A stretch of DNA of 64,000 nt from Cyanophora paradoxa CCMP329 (lineage: Eukaryota; Plantae; Glaucophyta), in NCBI GenBank assembly GCA_004431415.1, contig QPMI01000453.1, positions 248,001 through 312,000 on the forward strand. The letters run 5' to 3'. Shown here piece after piece: positions 60,183 through 64,000 of the stretch (within the stretch, counting starts at the first letter, position 1; each line of letters starts with the position of its first letter). The position numbers and the translations under genes were made by a program. Below the pieces are notes generated by a model. It saw only the letters and a list, made by a program, of their open reading frames with translations. It made no database searches and was not told the origin of the DNA.

Positions 60183-60932
60183 CTAAACGGACAGATCTGA
60201 AATGAGGAGCTCGAAAAAGGAATCGATTTCCGCGTCGATCTCGTGCGGCCCCCGCATACGACGGCAGCCCGGCCTCCGGCCGCGGCATGCAGCGCGGCCG
60301 CAGCGCCTCTCCTGGCCACATTCGAGAGAGCTCTCCGTGTCCGGCCGCGGGCCGACGTAGTCTGCCCGCTTGCTCTGGCGGCTGGGGGCCGCCGTACGCG
60401 TCGCGTCCTCAGCTCGAGCGATCTCTGGGAGCTCAGCCGCGCCCTGAGCCCCGCGGCCGCGCCGCTGGCACCGTCCTCGCCCGCGGCCTCCGCAGTCTGC
60501 TCATGCGGACGTATCCGGAGTCAGTGATCGGAAAGGTTCGGATCAAATCGGGGAGTCGGCGCGAGACATACGCTCGGCGCGGGCGGGGTTCGCGTCTTGA
60601 TGGGCCGTCACGGGTGCGGCGAAGGCCTCGAAAGATCGTCCGCGTGCGTTCGGGCGGCTGCGGCTGACCGCAGCCGCGGGCGAGGGGCGGTTGCCAGTCA
60701 GGCTCTTCGGGAGGCAGCTGCAGAAGACGAATGCGTTCATTCTGGCGTATGCGCTGATCGGATATCGATGTTGGGCTGTTTCAAACTACGTTTCCGATTG
60801 GCGAAGGCGAGCTTGACGAGGTCGGCGGAAGGATAGCTTGGGTGCGGCGGCGCTGCAGCTGAGGGATGCTTGCTTGCTGCGGCTGTGCTCCCGGATCGAA
60901 CTGACGTCGGCGGACTGCGCGGTGTGCGCCAT
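60183..60932 (-). CDS. Possible small orphan protein (spliced)
   Basis: ATG at 60932 (MAHTAQSADV), plausible splice signals, and a protein-like terminal segment PHEIDAEIDSFFELLISDLSV* followed by AT-richer sequence. No recognisable domain. Confidence 0.25.
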
Positions 60933-61255
60933 GCTCGGCCTTTTTAAGCAGGGAGCGGGCGTGGGGCGTGCCGCTCGAGCGCGTGGGTGACGCAGCCGAA
61001 AAAAAAAGCGAATCGGCACGGTTAGGCGGGTGTGCCGCGTGCGCGCGCGGTTAACGTTCAGACGGCTGCGGCCCACAGGCCCCCAGCTGCAGCCTGGCAG
61101 GTGCCCGGTGCCTGGGCACTGCGGCAGGCTGGGCTCGAGTTCGTCGGATCGCATTTCATGATCGCTTAAACAGACCGTCGGGCTCCCCTAGGGCCAAGGG
61201 CGGAGCCTCGATCGGAGGGGGCGGGGCGGGGCGGGGCGGGGCGGGGCGGGCGGGG

Positions 61256-64000
61256 CTAGGCGCGGAACAGCTTTCGGGCGGCGTAGATGTCGACGGGCGG
61301 GGCGACGGGCCCGGCGAAGTCGTCGGGGCCGTCCTCCCCGGGCCGCTTGACGCCCCTCCGCCCCCCTGCGTCGGGGTACGTAAGAGGAGAGCGGAGAGGC
61401 GGGGGGAGGGAGGGAGGAGGCAAGCGCGCGCGCACCGGCGGTGGGGTTGTGGGGGTTGGGGTGGAGGAATGCGGGCGCGCCGGAGGGCACCCAGGCCAGG
61501 AGGGAGGTTACGATGGCGTCCACGTCGGGGCTGGGGAGCTCTGCGAACGAAGTGAGGGGGGGGGGACGAATCAAGGCGGGGAGGGGCGGGGCGGGGCAGG
61601 GCAGAGGAGCGCGGGGCGCGCACGGAGGAAGAGTTCGGGCTTGGGGAGGCCGGCGAGGAAGGACCCGAGGGGCTCGGGGATACCGAGGGGGCCGACAGCG
61701 GGGGCCGGGGCCGCTCCGGGTACCCCACCGGGCGCCAGTAGGGGGGGTACCCCGGGCGCGGGGAAGCCGGGGCGGTGCCCCGGGGGGGGCTGACCCAGCT
61801 GCGCTAGGATCTGGGCCTGGGTCTGGACGGGGGTGAGGCCCCCGAGGGGTACGACGGGGCGGGTGGGCCGGCCAGGGCGGCGGGGCCGGAGGAGGAGCCG
61901 GCGGGGCGGAGGCGGAGGAGGGGCGGGGGGGGCACGCGGGCCATCGCCGCTGTGAACTCGGCCATCGACTTCACGTCCGGGCGGGCCCCTTTCGCCGCTC
62001 CAGGGGACCGCCGCCGCCTCCGCCGCCGCCGCCGCCGCCGGCCCGCCCCGACGTGCTCGCCCGCAGCTGCGCCGCCGCGATCTCGCGTGTCGACGCCGCG
62101 CCCCGCGCTGGGGGTACAGTCCGTCAGCGGGGGGGGGGGTAGGACGAGCAGGGGGCGGAGGGGGGTACCTATGGAATCGGCCTCGGAGGGGGTACAGGGG
62201 AAGAGACCGCGGAAGCGGTACCGCTGCACGAGGACAGAGAGCCCCGAGAGATCTGCATTGAAAAACGGCTCAGGAAAAAAGGACACTGAAAAAAAGAAGC
62301 GGGGGTAGGCGCACCCTGGTCGGGGTACGCCTGCTGGCGCTTGTGCTCCGTGGCGATGACCGTGGCGAGGTCGCTCCCGACCGCGACCTGGGGGGGTAGG
62401 GGGGGTGGGGTGGGGGGGGGTAATGCGACGTCAAGACAAGAAGTCGGAGTCTATCCACCGCGGGCGCGCCCTGGCGCCTCGAAACGAAACCAAATCTCAA
62501 TCTTGAATCTAATCTCTCGACTCCTTGCCCCCCCCTTTGCCTGAACCCTTGACCCCCTTTGCCGACTCGTTGCCCCTTGCTTGCTTGACCTAATCTCGAC
62601 TCCTTGCCCCCCCTCTGCCTGACCCGCGCACCTCGAACTCTGCGTAGCGGCGCCAGAGGTCGGCGGCGCGCTCCCGGTCCTCCGGGCCCTCCAGCGCCTT
62701 CAGCACCCGCTGGAAGAGCACCCGCGCGTCTGCGGCGGGGCGGCGCGCGGATGAGACGCGAGCGGAGCCAGGAAAGGAAGAGAGGGGTAAGGTAGGGGAG
62801 TAATAGGTAATCGAGGTAATGGACTGCAAGCCGACGTAAGCCGAGCAGGGCCCCCGGCGCACTCTGCTCGTCGTTGAGCTTCTCGAGGAAGTCGACGTAC
62901 TCGCATATGAACGCCGGCTCGCGGATGAAGCGCTTGAGGCCCAGCTCGAAGATGTTGCGCGCGACCTGCGCGAAGGGAGGTGCGCAGTAAGAACGCTGGC
63001 GGATGTGGACAGTAAGAACGGGACTTGACTCTCTCTCTCTCTCACCTTTGGGTCCTTGTTCGTGGCGTACTCTTGGAGCGCTGTGGAGGAGGAGGAAGAG
63101 GAGGGGTTAGAGGAAAGAAGGAGGAGAAGAAGGGGCGAGGGTGCGAGGGGGGGCGGGGCGCGCCGGCGGCGGTGAAGACGTGGTGCGTGCAGGCGGTGGA
63201 CTTGCGTGCGCGGAGGAAGACGCGCCGCGCCGCCTCAACGCCCTCGGAGCGCCGTGCGAAGCGCATGTACTGCACGAAGACCAGCGGGCCGGCGCTCGTC
63301 TCCATAAGCTCCTCGTACACTTTGCGCGCCTCCTGCTCGTAGTAACCTTAATAGAAAGAAAGAAAGAAATCGAGGCAATGCTTAAGAAGAACGCACGTCA
63401 ATGTTCTTTCGGGACTCCTCGAAGTCGGCGTGGGCGAAGTGGAGGACGAGGCACTTGGGGAGGGCCTTGCGCGCCCGCACGTAGAAGTCGTGAGCGCGGT
63501 CCGGCAGGCCCTGCTCGGCGAAGTACGAGGCGGCCTCGTGCCAGACGTCGGGGTAGTGCCGGAGGAAGTTGAGGGCCTGGTTGTACGTCGCAAGCAGGCG
63601 CCGCGCGAGGCCGGCCGCGTCCAGCCGCTGCCAGTTGAGGCGCTCCCACGAGAGCAGCTTGCGCCACCTCTCGACCTGCGCGACCGCTGCTCAGGGACGG
63701 CCGCGGGGCGAGTGCGCGCGCGCGAGCGAGCCGACCTGCTGGAGGTCCCGAGGGGCGTCGCAGGGCGGGCGTGCGAGGAAGTCGAAGCGGATGCCCTCGC
63801 GCTGCGCCTTGCGGTCGCGCAGCACGAGCCGCGAGTGCGCGTACTTCTCGCGGTACTGGTCAAGCAGCGACTTGGCCAGCTGCTTGTTGGGCAGCGAGAG
63901 CTCGAACGCCTCGTAGTCGCGCCAGACCGTGTCCATGTTCACCATCGGCGAGACGAGGGCGCGCTGGTAGGCCCGCCGCACGGCCAGGACCTTCGCGGGC
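61256..64000 (-). CDS. CSTF3: Cleavage stimulation factor 77 kDa subunit (Suf/RNA14, HAT repeats); 5' part outside window
   Basis: VRRAYQRAL..VWRDYEAFE, YNQALNFLRHYPDVWHE, VQYMRFARRSEGVEAARRVFLRARK, VARNIFELGLKRF, ARVLFQRVL, LVQRYRF, RPD, terminal DIYAARK. Confidence 0.93.

Noticed and set aside
1-64000. tRNA, rRNA or structured ncRNA genes
   Set aside because: None recognised by eye; tRNAscan-SE or Infernal would be needed to exclude them.

Overview
GC-rich, intron-dense eukaryotic nuclear DNA from a flagellated photosynthetic protist. Evidence: a PsbP-domain gene with a Phe-containing transit peptide plus Tat signal, and the ciliary gene LRRC51. A glaucophyte such as Cyanophora is my best guess, not verified. 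Most six-frame ORFs are GC-content artefacts; the real genes are spliced and were assembled by eye, so exon boundaries are approximate. Left to right: a tail-to-tail inverted duplication of a large subtilisin (I9 + S8A + long C-terminal extension) whose spacer is a hAT-like TIR element; a ~17.5 kb SHPRH/IRC20-type SNF2-RING gene whose introns carry duplicated copies of their own splice junctions; a long LOG/SLOG gene resembling the Chlamydiae-type family; a PsbP-domain gene; a head-to-head pair of bacterial-dynamin-like GTPase paralogs with long predicted beta-hairpin arms and a shared repeat-rich promoter; a secreted LCAT-like lipase plus a truncated duplicate flanking a BTB/zinc-finger gene; then LRRC51, TMEM39-like, RER1, a bacterial-type Methyltransf_32 gene, DOHH and CstF77 (partial). 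The strongest candidate for an undescribed system is the divergent dynamin-like pair. The chlamydial-type LOG gene, the TIR-seeded palindrome and the splice-junction echo insertions follow.
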